Below are positions 55,101-63,687 of a stretch of DNA of 64,000 nt, piece by piece (position 1 is the first letter of the stretch; every line of letters starts with the position of its first letter). The position numbers and the translations under genes were made by a program. Source of the stretch: Polyangiaceae bacterium (lineage in GTDB: Bacteria; Myxococcota_A; Polyangia; Polyangiales; Polyangiaceae); the NCBI GenBank assembly GCA_044222475.1, contig JBGANF010000026.1, positions 1 to 64,000 on the forward strand, in the 5' to 3' direction. The notes below the pieces were generated by a model. It was not told where the DNA came from, searched no databases, and was given only the letters and a program-made list of their open reading frames with translations.

Positions 55101-55562
55101 AACTACCGCGTCAACGCGGAGTGTCCGACGAAGCCGGCGGTGAACCCCGCCGTGTGCGAGCAGACCGTCTACGATCCCGATTGGCACTCCGAGGGAAAGA
55201 ACCTGTTCGGCGCGCAGCACCCCGTCTCCCCGTTGCGCCTCGCCCGGCGGGCCACCGTGCGCGTGCGAGCCCCCGGTGATCTCGAAGCGACGTGGCAGCC
55301 ACGGATCGAAGGTGCCCCCTTCGGCGTGGACGACGCGTACAAGCCGGTCGATCCGCTCGTCGGGCTCATGGACGCGTACGTCGCGCCGCTCGGAGAGCAC
55401 GTGTGGATCAACGAGAACCCGTGCAAGAACTGGGACGAGGCCGTGTACTACGATCACGTGACCGGCCGGTTCTTCGGCAGCGGCGGGACCGATTTGTATT
55501 TCTTGTCCCACCCGGCGACGCACCAGTGCATGGCCGATCAGTCCTGTGCGTTTCTCAAGTGA
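52125..55562 (+). CDS. Large lipoprotein, alpha/beta-hydrolase (lipase/esterase-like), paralog 2
   Basis: Lipobox AASC; colinear with paralog 1; WGHG, GDSYG. Confidence 0.82.
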   Translation: MHSARSRSTRLGFLATIGFVAFAASCGDEAPDGLFPTPAGDGPRVVFEVAHRPLPEIPVPNDVATFADPTSRTGRRINVSLVAPTELERSAREGFAEIEGWGTFAPISVAFTPGAGAGPTEAAIDLDRVRATMVGDEWDTSDDPVYVINLTTGVPVLLDMGAGNFPTTIRDRDRYYANDPRAAENNTLFETVEEGAGLGQADYQPKLDTDFDGILDHPNTLPRPGATPGVDDVMNWFERQTNTLIMRPVLPMDEKTEYAVVLTDRLVDARGKPVRSPFPFIHHPQQRAAMLRVQRILGDGTRSHYFGDVAGTGLARVAFAWSFTTGPAAEDLRLLRDGLHGAGPFARLANDYPPTATAFRAAGLLKDPSEDSPSWKADPKCQAVSQTPFVVKVDQVKSTLTDLLTRVFPVSGPEGRALLDSLDSVDHFVLGSYPVAYFLGSDPLHENPFEHFQLNYKTGEGRVVRDVGHFWLSVPKAKGTFKQPFDTVVWGHGTTLNAAETIIRAGYFAKHGLATFGFDGPGHGLVLDQGLKVIAEGLLYNACLVPWVQGLTAGRAHDIDGDGTPDSGGLLWTAHIFHSRDNIRQTVTDGLQASRVLRAFDGRMGTQDLNDDGKPELNGDFDLDGVPDVGGKDARIFSSGDSYGGIFAQIHAAIDPNVTAGVAISGGGGLTDVAARSYGVVDSVVQQTITPLVVAVPASSRSTDKKPGATLCTADQRSVRVIVNDLTDSREIEVACLGATELDDQSTVVVRNLESGEVRCGGTGTEARFRVPIPATAGDRIRIEVARLPHAVESYGTCVWRDGVNPSRIIDTFEKPAAAYRAVGDASATCDSPAGCQQYRNLFFPVGAPLVSPQGGLALRRQSPELRRLLQLSQTALESGDPINFAPLYMLRPNPLPSGQPAPPKGFIGANTVADGFVVVATGHAFTRAMGALPFLAPWALSRMPDYADYATPASLYAAFGAKTPNQLLIDNYAIEAIARLRRVPADSSCGPNYRVNAECPTKPAVNPAVCEQTVYDPDWHSEGKNLFGAQHPVSPLRLARRATVRVRAPGDLEATWQPRIEGAPFGVDDAYKPVDPLVGLMDAYVAPLGEHVWINENPCKNWDEAVYYDHVTGRFFGSGGTDLYFLSHPATHQCMADQSCAFLK

Positions 55563-55568
55563 CTGCGG

Positions 55569-55803
55569 GCAGGCTGCGGAAGAGCGTCGTGGCAGATGGC
55601 TTGCCCTGCTGCCACGACCGCAAACGCGACGCTCGGGAGGGGGAGCGGGAGCGGGAGCGGGACCGTACCAAACTGGGATACATGCAACAAAGTCGGCGCT
55701 TTTGTCCTCTCCGTTCCCGCTCCCCCTCCCGCTCCCGAGCGACGACTCAGCAAGCCGGCAGGAGGGCATGCCAGCTGCGAATACCCCTTTTTCAGCAGCC
55801 TGC
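55569..55803. mobile_element. Foldback MITE/REP-like element, family B (235 bp)
   Basis: Ends GCAGGCTGCGGAA / TTCAGCAGCCTGC; ~95-bp imperfect inverted arms containing (GGGAGC)n; ~45-nt unique loop; homologous to 67-161. Confidence 0.72.
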
Positions 55804-55815
55804 TAGGTTTCGTTC

Positions 55816-55974
55816 GTGACGCTCTACATCATCGCCGCCATCGGTATCTTCGTCGCCATGGGCCTGATGCGAATGACCTATCGGCTGTCGCGAAGGGATC
55901 GGCCCGAAGGCGTGCGTTGGCGCGGCATCGACTGGGACCGCGCAAAACGCCGAGACGAAGAAGACGACGAGTAG
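55816..55974 (+). CDS. Small single-TM protein (52 aa), below the ORF-track cutoff
   Basis: MTLYIIAAIGIFVAMGLMRMTYRLSRRDRPEGVRWRGIDWDRAKRRDEEDDE; fills the gap before the BCCP gene. Confidence 0.6.
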   Translation: MTLYIIAAIGIFVAMGLMRMTYRLSRRDRPEGVRWRGIDWDRAKRRDEEDDE

Positions 55975-55987
55975 TAGGGTCCCACCC

Positions 55988-56494
55988 ATGCGTTACTTCG
56001 TCTCCCTCGACCCCGCGGCTGCTCCGATCGAGATCGACGTCGAGGAGCTCCCGAGCGGCGCGCTCTCGGTGCGAGCCTCCGGCAAGCCGGTCGCAGTCGA
56101 CGTGGCCTCGCTGCGGAGCGCGCTCTCGGTGCGCGTCGATGGCGCGGTCGTCGACCTCACGACCGAGGGCGTTCCTCCGGAGCTCGGCGCGATCGCCAGC
56201 GGCCACCGCTCGTACGTTCGCGTCGAGAGCGAGCGGATGCGATCGGCCAACGCCGCCACGAAGGGCGGCGGCGGCGCGGGCGATCGCCTGATCAAGAGCC
56301 CGATGCCCGGCCGCGTCATCAAGCTCCTCGTCGCTCCCGGCGACGACGTGGCGCCGGGACAAGCGGTCGTCGTCGTCGAAGCGATGAAGATGGAGAACGA
56401 GCTCAAGGCCAAGGCGGCCGGCAAGGTCACCGAGGTCCACGTCGCGGTCGGCGCGACGGTGGAGAGCGGAGCCAAGCTCGTGACGCTCGGATGA
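55988..56494 (+). CDS. Biotin carboxyl carrier subunit of an acyl-CoA carboxylase
   Basis: SPMPG and EAMKMENE biotinylation motif. Confidence 0.92.
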   Translation: MRYFVSLDPAAAPIEIDVEELPSGALSVRASGKPVAVDVASLRSALSVRVDGAVVDLTTEGVPPELGAIASGHRSYVRVESERMRSANAATKGGGGAGDRLIKSPMPGRVIKLLVAPGDDVAPGQAVVVVEAMKMENELKAKAAGKVTEVHVAVGATVESGAKLVTLG

Positions 56495-57525
56495 ACCGCG
56501 CCCCCGCTCGTCTCCGTCTCGTCCACGGGCCCACCCCGATCGAGCGGCGCGATGCGCTGTCGGAGCTCGTCGGCGTCGACCTCTGGATCAAGCGCGACGA
56601 CATGACCGGCGGCGCCGAAGGCGGCAACAAGATCCGGAAGCTCGAGTTCCTCGTCGGCGAGGCCCTCGCCGCGAAGGCCACCGCACTCGTGACGTGCGGC
56701 GGGATCCAGTCGAACCACGCCCGCGCGACCGCGCTCGTGGCCGCGCGGTTCGGGCTCGCGTGCACTCTGCTCCTTCGCGTGACCGACGGGAGCGAGACCG
56801 GACCCGACGTGGACGCCCCTCGTGATCGGCTGCCGCTCACCGGCAACGTCCTCCTCGATCGCCTCGTCGGAGCCACGATCCGCCTCATCTCCCCGCGCGA
56901 CTACGCCGATCGAAGCGCGTGTCTCGCCAAGGTCGCAGCCGACCTCGCGCTCGGCGGCGCTCGTCCCTACGTGGTACCGGAGGGTGGGTCCAACGGGCTC
57001 GGCTCGCTGGGGTACGTCGAGGCGATGCGCGAGGTGCGCGAGCAGCTCGATCGAGGTCTCGGGGGCGGCAAACCCTACGACCTCGTCGTCCACGCGTGCG
57101 GGTCCGGTGGCACCGCCGCCGGCGTCGCCCTCGGCTGCTCCGCGCACCGCGTGGCGGAGGCCGTGCGCGCGTTCGCCGTCTGCGACGACGCCGCCTATTT
57201 CGAGGGGCGAATCGCCGCGATCGCGCGCGAAGCCCGCGCGTGGGACGCGTCGCTGCCCGCGCCCGCGCGCGTCGTCGTGGACGATCGCTCGAAGGGACCC
57301 CGCTACGGAGTCATGGACGACGCGCAGCGCGCGTTCCTCGTTCAAGCGGCGCGCGCGTCCGGCCTGATCTTCGATCCCGTGTACACCGGAAAGGCCCTGT
57401 TCGGCCTGCGCGAGGCCGTGCGACGTGGCGACGTGGCGCGCGGCGCGCGCGTCCTGTTCCTGCACACCGGCGGCCTCCCTGGCCTCCTCGCCGAAGGTCC
57501 CGCGCTGGAGAGCTCCCTCCCGTGA
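56491..57525 (+). CDS. D-cysteine desulfhydrase/ACC deaminase-family PLP enzyme
   Basis: KRDD, GGNKIRKLEF, GGIQSNH, PEGGS, GSGGT, DPVYTGK, HTGG. Confidence 0.9.
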   Translation: MNRAPARLRLVHGPTPIERRDALSELVGVDLWIKRDDMTGGAEGGNKIRKLEFLVGEALAAKATALVTCGGIQSNHARATALVAARFGLACTLLLRVTDGSETGPDVDAPRDRLPLTGNVLLDRLVGATIRLISPRDYADRSACLAKVAADLALGGARPYVVPEGGSNGLGSLGYVEAMREVREQLDRGLGGGKPYDLVVHACGSGGTAAGVALGCSAHRVAEAVRAFAVCDDAAYFEGRIAAIAREARAWDASLPAPARVVVDDRSKGPRYGVMDDAQRAFLVQAARASGLIFDPVYTGKALFGLREAVRRGDVARGARVLFLHTGGLPGLLAEGPALESSLP

Positions 57526-58292
57526 GCGCGGGCACGATCGACCGCCGCGCCGTCTTCCGCGATCGCGCGCGGATCGTGATCTGGGCGGTCGGCCTCGCGA
57601 CCGTCATTCAAGGCATCGGATCGTTCCTCGCGCGCAACCACGTCGGCGCCGTCGTGCTCCAGCTCGTCGTCGCCGAGTTCGGCTGCGGTCGCCTCGGCGT
57701 CGCCTGGTCCGATCCGAAGGAGCCCGAGCCCGAGACCAGCGCGATCGCCCGACGAGCAGGGCGGGGCGCCGCGATCGGTGCCGCGGCGGCGGTCGTCGTC
57801 GTGGGCGCGCTCGTCGCGCTTCGGCTCGCGACGCTCGAGGTCGGTACGCCTTCGATGTCGACGCTGTTCGTCGGCGCGCTCGTGGCGACGTTCGGAGCGG
57901 CGCGCGACGAGCTTCTCCTCCGCGGCCTCGTTCTGCGGGCGCTCGGACCCTCGGCGTCGCTGCCGATGAAGCTCGCGGTCGGAGCGCTCGCGGGCGCGGC
58001 GTCCGCGTGGGGCGCGGGGGCGAGCCCGTTCGGGGTGGCCGCTGGTGCGGCCCTCGCGCTGACGTTCACGGCGCTCTGGATCGTCGACCGCGGCGCATGG
58101 ATCGCCGTCGGCGCGCACGCCGCGGCCTCGATCCTGCTCGGCCCGGTCGCGTCGGGCGGCCTCGTCGACGTACGGATGACCTCGCGCCTCGGGCTCGACG
58201 AGTCCCCGGTCGCGCTCGTCGTCTTCGCGGCCACCGCGGCCTACGCCGTCCGGCTCGCCCTTCGCACCCCGGTGAAAACCGACCGCAAGTAG
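57522..58292 (+). CDS. CPBP (CAAX/Abi)-like membrane protein, degenerate
   Basis: About 8 TM helices; DELLLRG and WIAVGAH partial motifs. Confidence 0.65.
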   Translation: MSAGTIDRRAVFRDRARIVIWAVGLATVIQGIGSFLARNHVGAVVLQLVVAEFGCGRLGVAWSDPKEPEPETSAIARRAGRGAAIGAAAAVVVVGALVALRLATLEVGTPSMSTLFVGALVATFGAARDELLLRGLVLRALGPSASLPMKLAVGALAGAASAWGAGASPFGVAAGAALALTFTALWIVDRGAWIAVGAHAAASILLGPVASGGLVDVRMTSRLGLDESPVALVVFAATAAYAVRLALRTPVKTDRK

Positions 58293-58322
58293 GTCGGCGG
58301 CCCTGCTACCATCCCCCTCCCG

Positions 58323-59750
58323 ATGGAGAACGACGACCCGCCCCAGTCGATGCAGCCGCGGATGCCGGCCCCGGCCGACTCGGTGCGCGGCGTAGCGAGC
58401 GAGGAGTTCCTCTTCCATCTCTACCGCGGCGCCGAGTTGTTGCAGGATGCACGCGATCACGAGGCCAAAGAGGAGCTCGAGGCCGCGCTCGCGCTCCAAC
58501 CGCGCGACGCCAAGGGGCAAGACCTCCTCGCCGTCGTGTACTTCCGCCTCGGGCTCTACCCTCGCGCGATCCACATCTACGAGGACCTCCGGCGCGATGC
58601 GCCCAAAGAGGCGACGCTGCTGGTGAACCTGGCGCTCTGCTACCTCAAGACCGGCCAGTCGGGGTCGGCGCGAGCCGCCCTCGAAGAGGTCGTCGCGCAC
58701 ACGCCCGATCACCGCCGCGCGTGGGGCTACCTCGGCCTCGCGTACGATCGTCTCGGAGACCTCGAGAAGGCGGAGCAAGCGTTCGAGCGCGCGGGCCACA
58801 TCGCCATGGCGAAGCGCGTCGCCGCGCGCCGCGCCAACCTCGGCGAGGCGGTGCGTCGCGCGAGCGAACCGCCGCCGCCTCCGGCGGACACGACGGCCGC
58901 GCGGGACAGCGCGGCGCTCCAGGCGACGGCCGCCGTGGCGTTCCAAGAGCTCGACGCTGGGGAGCTCTCGTTCGCGCTCGCCGCCGAGCCTGCCGCGCGA
59001 CGAAGCGAGTCGGGCACGTGGCGCGCAGTCGAGATCGGCGCCGCGGTGCGGACGTCGCCGTCGGTCCCGCCGCCGCCGCCGCCGCCGCCGGAGGCCGCAC
59101 CGGGCCCGGCCGAGGTGCGCGCCCCCCGCAGCCTCGCTGCGACCCTCAAGAGCGCCGCGCTCGTGATCCCGGAAGACGACGACGTCGGGATGCACCCCTC
59201 GGGGCTCGTGGTCGTCAAGCCCGACGTCGAGTTCGCGGCACGGCTCGACGCGATCCGCAGCTACACCGGCGACCTAGCGGCCGAGGTGCTCCTCCGCCAG
59301 ACGCGGACGCAGACCTCCGAGCCGTTCGGCGGGCTCGCGGCGTCGGTGCAGAAGCTCCGCGCGTCCGGCCCGCTGGTCTTTGGCCCGCGCGCCTCGCACC
59401 GCTTGGTTCCCGTGCAGATCCACAACGAGGTCGTCTTCCTCCGCGAAGAGGCGGTGCTCGGTTTCGACCTGCGCATCACGTACGAGAACGGCCGCCTCTC
59501 GTTCGCCGAAGGCGAAGCGCTCCACGTGGTCCAGTTCCGTGGCAGCGGCACGATCGTCCTCGAGCTCCTCGATCCGATCGTCGCCGTCGCCGTCACGCCG
59601 GCGCGCGCCGTCACCGCGCGACGCGAGAACCTCGTCGGCTGGTACGGTCGCTTGCTTCCGCGCTCGTTGCCGATGAGCGAAGCCCCGCTCGGGCAGCGCG
59701 GGCTCGTCACGTTCGCGGGCGACGGCTCGCTGCTCGTGTCGGGTCGGTGA
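58323..59750 (+). CDS. TPR plus AIM24-like domain protein
   Basis: N-terminal TPRs (FLFHLYRG..., NLALCYLK), Pro-rich linker, C-terminal YENGRL/VQFRGSG/LVGWYG AIM24-like domain. Confidence 0.8.
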   Translation: MENDDPPQSMQPRMPAPADSVRGVASEEFLFHLYRGAELLQDARDHEAKEELEAALALQPRDAKGQDLLAVVYFRLGLYPRAIHIYEDLRRDAPKEATLLVNLALCYLKTGQSGSARAALEEVVAHTPDHRRAWGYLGLAYDRLGDLEKAEQAFERAGHIAMAKRVAARRANLGEAVRRASEPPPPPADTTAARDSAALQATAAVAFQELDAGELSFALAAEPAARRSESGTWRAVEIGAAVRTSPSVPPPPPPPPEAAPGPAEVRAPRSLAATLKSAALVIPEDDDVGMHPSGLVVVKPDVEFAARLDAIRSYTGDLAAEVLLRQTRTQTSEPFGGLAASVQKLRASGPLVFGPRASHRLVPVQIHNEVVFLREEAVLGFDLRITYENGRLSFAEGEALHVVQFRGSGTIVLELLDPIVAVAVTPARAVTARRENLVGWYGRLLPRSLPMSEAPLGQRGLVTFAGDGSLLVSGR

Positions 59751-59758
59751 CGACGCCC

Positions 59759-60421
59759 ATGGCCGAGAAGCAGCCCACCAGCACGGACATCCGCCGGCAG
59801 CGGCGCCGATCGCTCGCGGAGGACGCGGTCAACATCCCGAACCTCCTCACGATGGCGAGGATCGTGATGATCCCGCTGTGCCTCTGGTTCCTCGATCGCG
59901 ACACTCCTCGCGACAACTTCTGGGCCGCGATCGTGTTCACCGGCGCGGCACTCACCGATCTCCTCGACGGATGGCTCGCGAGGAAGCTCCACGTCGTGAG
60001 CGTCCTCGGCAAGTTCCTCGACCCACTCGCCGACAAGCTCATCGTCATGGCGAGCCTGATTTGGATGGTCCCGATGGGCCGCGTCCCCGCGTGGGTCGTC
60101 GTGATCCTGCTCGGGCGCGACATCAGCATCACCGGGCTGCGGAGCGTCGCTGCGAGCGAGGGCGTCGTCATCGCCGCCGGAGAAGAGGGCAAGACGAAGA
60201 CCGCGCTCCAGATGATCGGGATCATCGCGCTCCTCTTGGGCTACCCCTACCCGCTGCGGTATCCAGGCATCGATCTGGGCGTCATCGACATGACCCGAGT
60301 CGGCTGCACGTTCGTCTACCTCTCGCTGTTCTTCTCGATCACGAGCGCCGCGCAGTACATCAGGCTCTTCGCCGAAGCGGTCGAGGCGAAGAACAAGAAG
60401 CTGAAGAAGGAAGAGGGGTAG
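59759..60421 (+). CDS. pgsA: CDP-diacylglycerol--glycerol-3-phosphate 3-phosphatidyltransferase
   Basis: NIPNLLTMAR, TDLLDGWLAR, GKFLDPLADK, GKTKT. Confidence 0.93.
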   Translation: MAEKQPTSTDIRRQRRRSLAEDAVNIPNLLTMARIVMIPLCLWFLDRDTPRDNFWAAIVFTGAALTDLLDGWLARKLHVVSVLGKFLDPLADKLIVMASLIWMVPMGRVPAWVVVILLGRDISITGLRSVAASEGVVIAAGEEGKTKTALQMIGIIALLLGYPYPLRYPGIDLGVIDMTRVGCTFVYLSLFFSITSAAQYIRLFAEAVEAKNKKLKKEEG

Positions 60422-60559
60422 AGCACGCTTCGGAGGGCGCGCCTCGTTCGCGAGCTTCGTTGAGCGCAAGGTGGTCGCGTCGGGCGTTTTCTTCGAGGTC
60501 TCGCGGCTGCGGCGGGGAGAGGTACGGGGTCGGGGTCGGGCCCAGCGCGAAGGAGCTAG

Positions 60560-62431
60560 TCAGTCGATGAACTCTCGAAACCAGAGCTCGAGGACCAGCA
60601 GCGTCCACACGCGGTCCACCGGCGGGTTCATCTTGTCGAGCGAGCCGACGAGATCGGCGACGTACTTCGGATCGAAGAGCCCGCGCTCGCGCGCCCGCTT
60701 GTCGAGCAGCACGTCCTCGGTGAGCTGGCGCAGGTCGCGCTTCATCCACCGCTCCAGCGGGAGCGCGAAGCCGCGCTTGCCGCGGTGGAGGATGGCCCGC
60801 GGGACGAGATCCTTCACCGCCCGACGGAGGAGCCACTTCCCGCGCACGCGCATCAACATGCGGGACGGCAGCTTCGCCGCGAACTCGACCACGGCGGTGT
60901 CGAGGAACGGACAGCGCACCTCGAGCGCGTGGGTCATCGCGGCGATGTCGACCTTCACGTTGATGTCGTCGATCATGTACGTCTGCCAATCGAGATCGGC
61001 GATGCGGGCCATCGCCGACGTGGCACCGCTCTCGGCGAGGACGCGGGCGAAGCGATCGACCGTGGCCGAGCTCGCCGCCTCGCGCATGGCGTCGAGGTAG
61101 AAGACGCGCTTGTCTTCCTCGGCGAACTGGCCGACCAGTCTCATGTAGCGCGCCGCCTCTCCGTGCTCGAGGCGATCGGCGTACCGCCCGACGTGAGGCA
61201 CGAAGACGCGACCGATGAGCCCCAGCGCGGCGCGGTACACCGGCTGCGCGCGCGGCGGGAGCGCATCGTGGGCGTGGCCGAACCGGGCGGTGGTGTAACG
61301 CTTGTATCCTGCAAAGTTCTCGTCGCCGGCGTCGCCCGAGAGCGCCACGGTGACGTGCTTCTTCGTCATCCGCGAGAGGTAGTACATCGCGACCGCCGAG
61401 CTGTCGGCGAACGGTTCGCCGTGATGGCGCACCGTCTCCTCGACGACGCTCGTCATCTCGGGGTCGACGATCTCTTCGTGGTGATCGGTCTGGTACCGTT
61501 GGGCGACGAGCCGCGCGAACTTCACCTCGCTGTCGTCGGCGTGGGGAAACCCGATGCTGAACGTCTTCACGGGGCGCGTGCTCTGGGTCGCCATGAGCGC
61601 GACGACCGTCGAGCTGTCGATTCCACCGGAGAGAAACGCGCCGAGCGGAACGTCGGACACGAGGCGGCGCTTCACCGCGACGGCGAGCAGGCGGCGAAGC
61701 TCTTCCGCGAGCTCGTCCGCGTCGCCGCGGAGCTCCTCGCCGCGCGGCTTGCTCCAGTAGCGAACCGGTGTCGGAAGGTTTCGGCCCGGCTCGAAGACCG
61801 CGTAGTGAGCGGCGGGGAGCTTGAACGTGTCCTTGTAGGCGGTGCGCGGCGTGGGGACGTACTGGAGCGTCAGGAACTCGTCGATTGCGCCGTAGTCGAC
61901 CTCGGGCCGGGCGTCGGGGAACGCGCGGACGAGCGGACCGACCTCCGACGAAAAGGCCACTGCGCCACCGGGTAGCCGCCGGTAGAACAGCGGCTTCTTG
62001 CCCGAGCGATCGCGCGCGGCGAGGAGAGTCTGCTTCTTCCGGTCGTAGACGAGGATGGCGAACATCCCGTCGAGGCGCGCCACGCAGCCCGGGCCGTACT
62101 CCTCGTAGAGGTGAAGGACCACTTCGCTGTCGGAGTGCGAGCGGAAGCGATGGCCCTTGGCCACGAGCTCCTCACGCAGCTCGACGAAGTTGTAGATCTC
62201 CCCGTTGACGACGGCTGCGACGCTCTCGTCCTCGTTGAACATCGGCTGGTTCGCCTCGACGCTGAGGTCGATGATCGACAGCCGACGATGGCCGAGGGCC
62301 GCCGGCCCGTCGGTGAAGAGCCCGGCGGCGTCCGGCCCACGATGGGCGATGCCGTCGGTGATTCGCCTCACGGCCGCCGCGTCGGCGGGCGCGCCGCGCT
62401 CCTTGGCGAGGTACCCAGCGATCCCGCACAT
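60560..62431 (-). CDS. asnB: Asparagine synthase (glutamine-hydrolysing)-like amidotransferase, probably glycan-associated
   Basis: MCGIAG Ntn Cys, HRRLSIIDL, NGEIYN, LSGGIDSS, LSGDAGDE. Confidence 0.92.
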   Translation of the reverse strand: MCGIAGYLAKERGAPADAAAVRRITDGIAHRGPDAAGLFTDGPAALGHRRLSIIDLSVEANQPMFNEDESVAAVVNGEIYNFVELREELVAKGHRFRSHSDSEVVLHLYEEYGPGCVARLDGMFAILVYDRKKQTLLAARDRSGKKPLFYRRLPGGAVAFSSEVGPLVRAFPDARPEVDYGAIDEFLTLQYVPTPRTAYKDTFKLPAAHYAVFEPGRNLPTPVRYWSKPRGEELRGDADELAEELRRLLAVAVKRRLVSDVPLGAFLSGGIDSSTVVALMATQSTRPVKTFSIGFPHADDSEVKFARLVAQRYQTDHHEEIVDPEMTSVVEETVRHHGEPFADSSAVAMYYLSRMTKKHVTVALSGDAGDENFAGYKRYTTARFGHAHDALPPRAQPVYRAALGLIGRVFVPHVGRYADRLEHGEAARYMRLVGQFAEEDKRVFYLDAMREAASSATVDRFARVLAESGATSAMARIADLDWQTYMIDDINVKVDIAAMTHALEVRCPFLDTAVVEFAAKLPSRMLMRVRGKWLLRRAVKDLVPRAILHRGKRGFALPLERWMKRDLRQLTEDVLLDKRARERGLFDPKYVADLVGSLDKMNPPVDRVWTLLVLELWFREFID

Positions 62432-62434
62432 CGG

Positions 62435-63646
62435 TCAGTTGAGCTCCGCCCGTCCAGCGCCGGAGAGCGTTCGCCCCGGCCGCGCGAGATCGGGCGCTCG
62501 CTCGGCGAGGACGCGCTCGTAGACGTCCATCGTGCGCCGCGCCATCCGCGCGACCGCGAAGCGCGCGCTCGCGTGAGCGTGACCGCGCGCGCCCATGGCC
62601 TGGCGCTCCTTCGGGTCGAGCATGAAGAACCGCTTCAGGGCGCGGGCGATGCTCTTGCTGGTGGAAAACCCCGCGTCGTCGTGATCGCAGACGAGCCCTT
62701 CTACGCCGTCGGTCACGAGGGTGTCCGTGTTCGCCGCATCGGAGACGATGACCGGCGTCGCGCACGACATGGCCTCGATGACGGCGTTCGGGAGGCCCTC
62801 GTACCTCGACGGGAGGAGCATGCCGTCGGCCGCGCCGACGAGGCGCTCGACGTTCTTCACGATCCCGAGGAAGTCCACGTGGGTCCCGAGACCGAACGCG
62901 GTGGAGTAGGTGCGAAGCATCTCGCCGTACCACGGAGGCGAACCTCGACCGGCGAAGTACACGCGCGCGTCGGAGGGAAGATCGCCGCTCTTCTTCAGCC
63001 GTGCGAGCGCGCGCAGGATCTCGAGTTGGTTCTTCTGTTCGCTGATGCGTCCCGGGACGACGAGGACCCGCTTCCCGTTCATCCCCCATACGTTGCGCTC
63101 GCGCGCGATCATGGCCGCGTCGAGCGGCTGGAAGCGCGAGAAGTCGACGCCGTTCTCGATGACGTCGATCCGGTCGGTGCGGATGCCGGCGCGGCGCACG
63201 AGCTCGTCTCGGATCCCGATGGAGTTGACGATGATCGCGTCGGCCATGCCGTGGGTGAGGCGCTCACCGAGGACGTGCTTTCGCGGGAGCTGGGTGCACC
63301 GCACCGATCCGATGACCGCGCGGACGCCGGCCATGCGCGCCGCGACGCGACCGAAGATGTTCTCCCACCCCATGTACGTGTGGACGACGTCGCTCTTCAG
63401 GTCACGGAGCTCGCGCGCGAGCGCTCGCACCGAGATCGGCGTCGGGAACATGGGCGCGTGGAGGTACCGGATGCGCCCCCCCAACCCCGGCAACTTGTAG
63501 CCGAGCTGATCGCGCTCGATGCAGAGCACCAAGCTCGGCTCGTAGCGGTCGACGTCCAGGTGGCCGATGAGCTCGGCAAGTTGCCTCTCGGCGCCCCCCT
63601 GCTCCAGGGAGTTGATGAAATACGTCACTCGGACGCGGGAAGACAC
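62435..63646 (-). CDS. Glycosyltransferase family 4
   Basis: GGAERQL, IENGVD, GRISEQKN, PSRYEGLPNAVIEAM. Confidence 0.92.
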   Translation of the reverse strand: MSSRVRVTYFINSLEQGGAERQLAELIGHLDVDRYEPSLVLCIERDQLGYKLPGLGGRIRYLHAPMFPTPISVRALARELRDLKSDVVHTYMGWENIFGRVAARMAGVRAVIGSVRCTQLPRKHVLGERLTHGMADAIIVNSIGIRDELVRRAGIRTDRIDVIENGVDFSRFQPLDAAMIARERNVWGMNGKRVLVVPGRISEQKNQLEILRALARLKKSGDLPSDARVYFAGRGSPPWYGEMLRTYSTAFGLGTHVDFLGIVKNVERLVGAADGMLLPSRYEGLPNAVIEAMSCATPVIVSDAANTDTLVTDGVEGLVCDHDDAGFSTSKSIARALKRFFMLDPKERQAMGARGHAHASARFAVARMARRTMDVYERVLAERAPDLARPGRTLSGAGRAELN

Positions 63647-63687
63647 GCGGCTTTCGTAGCAGATCGTCTCGCGGGGTAAAGAGCCCT

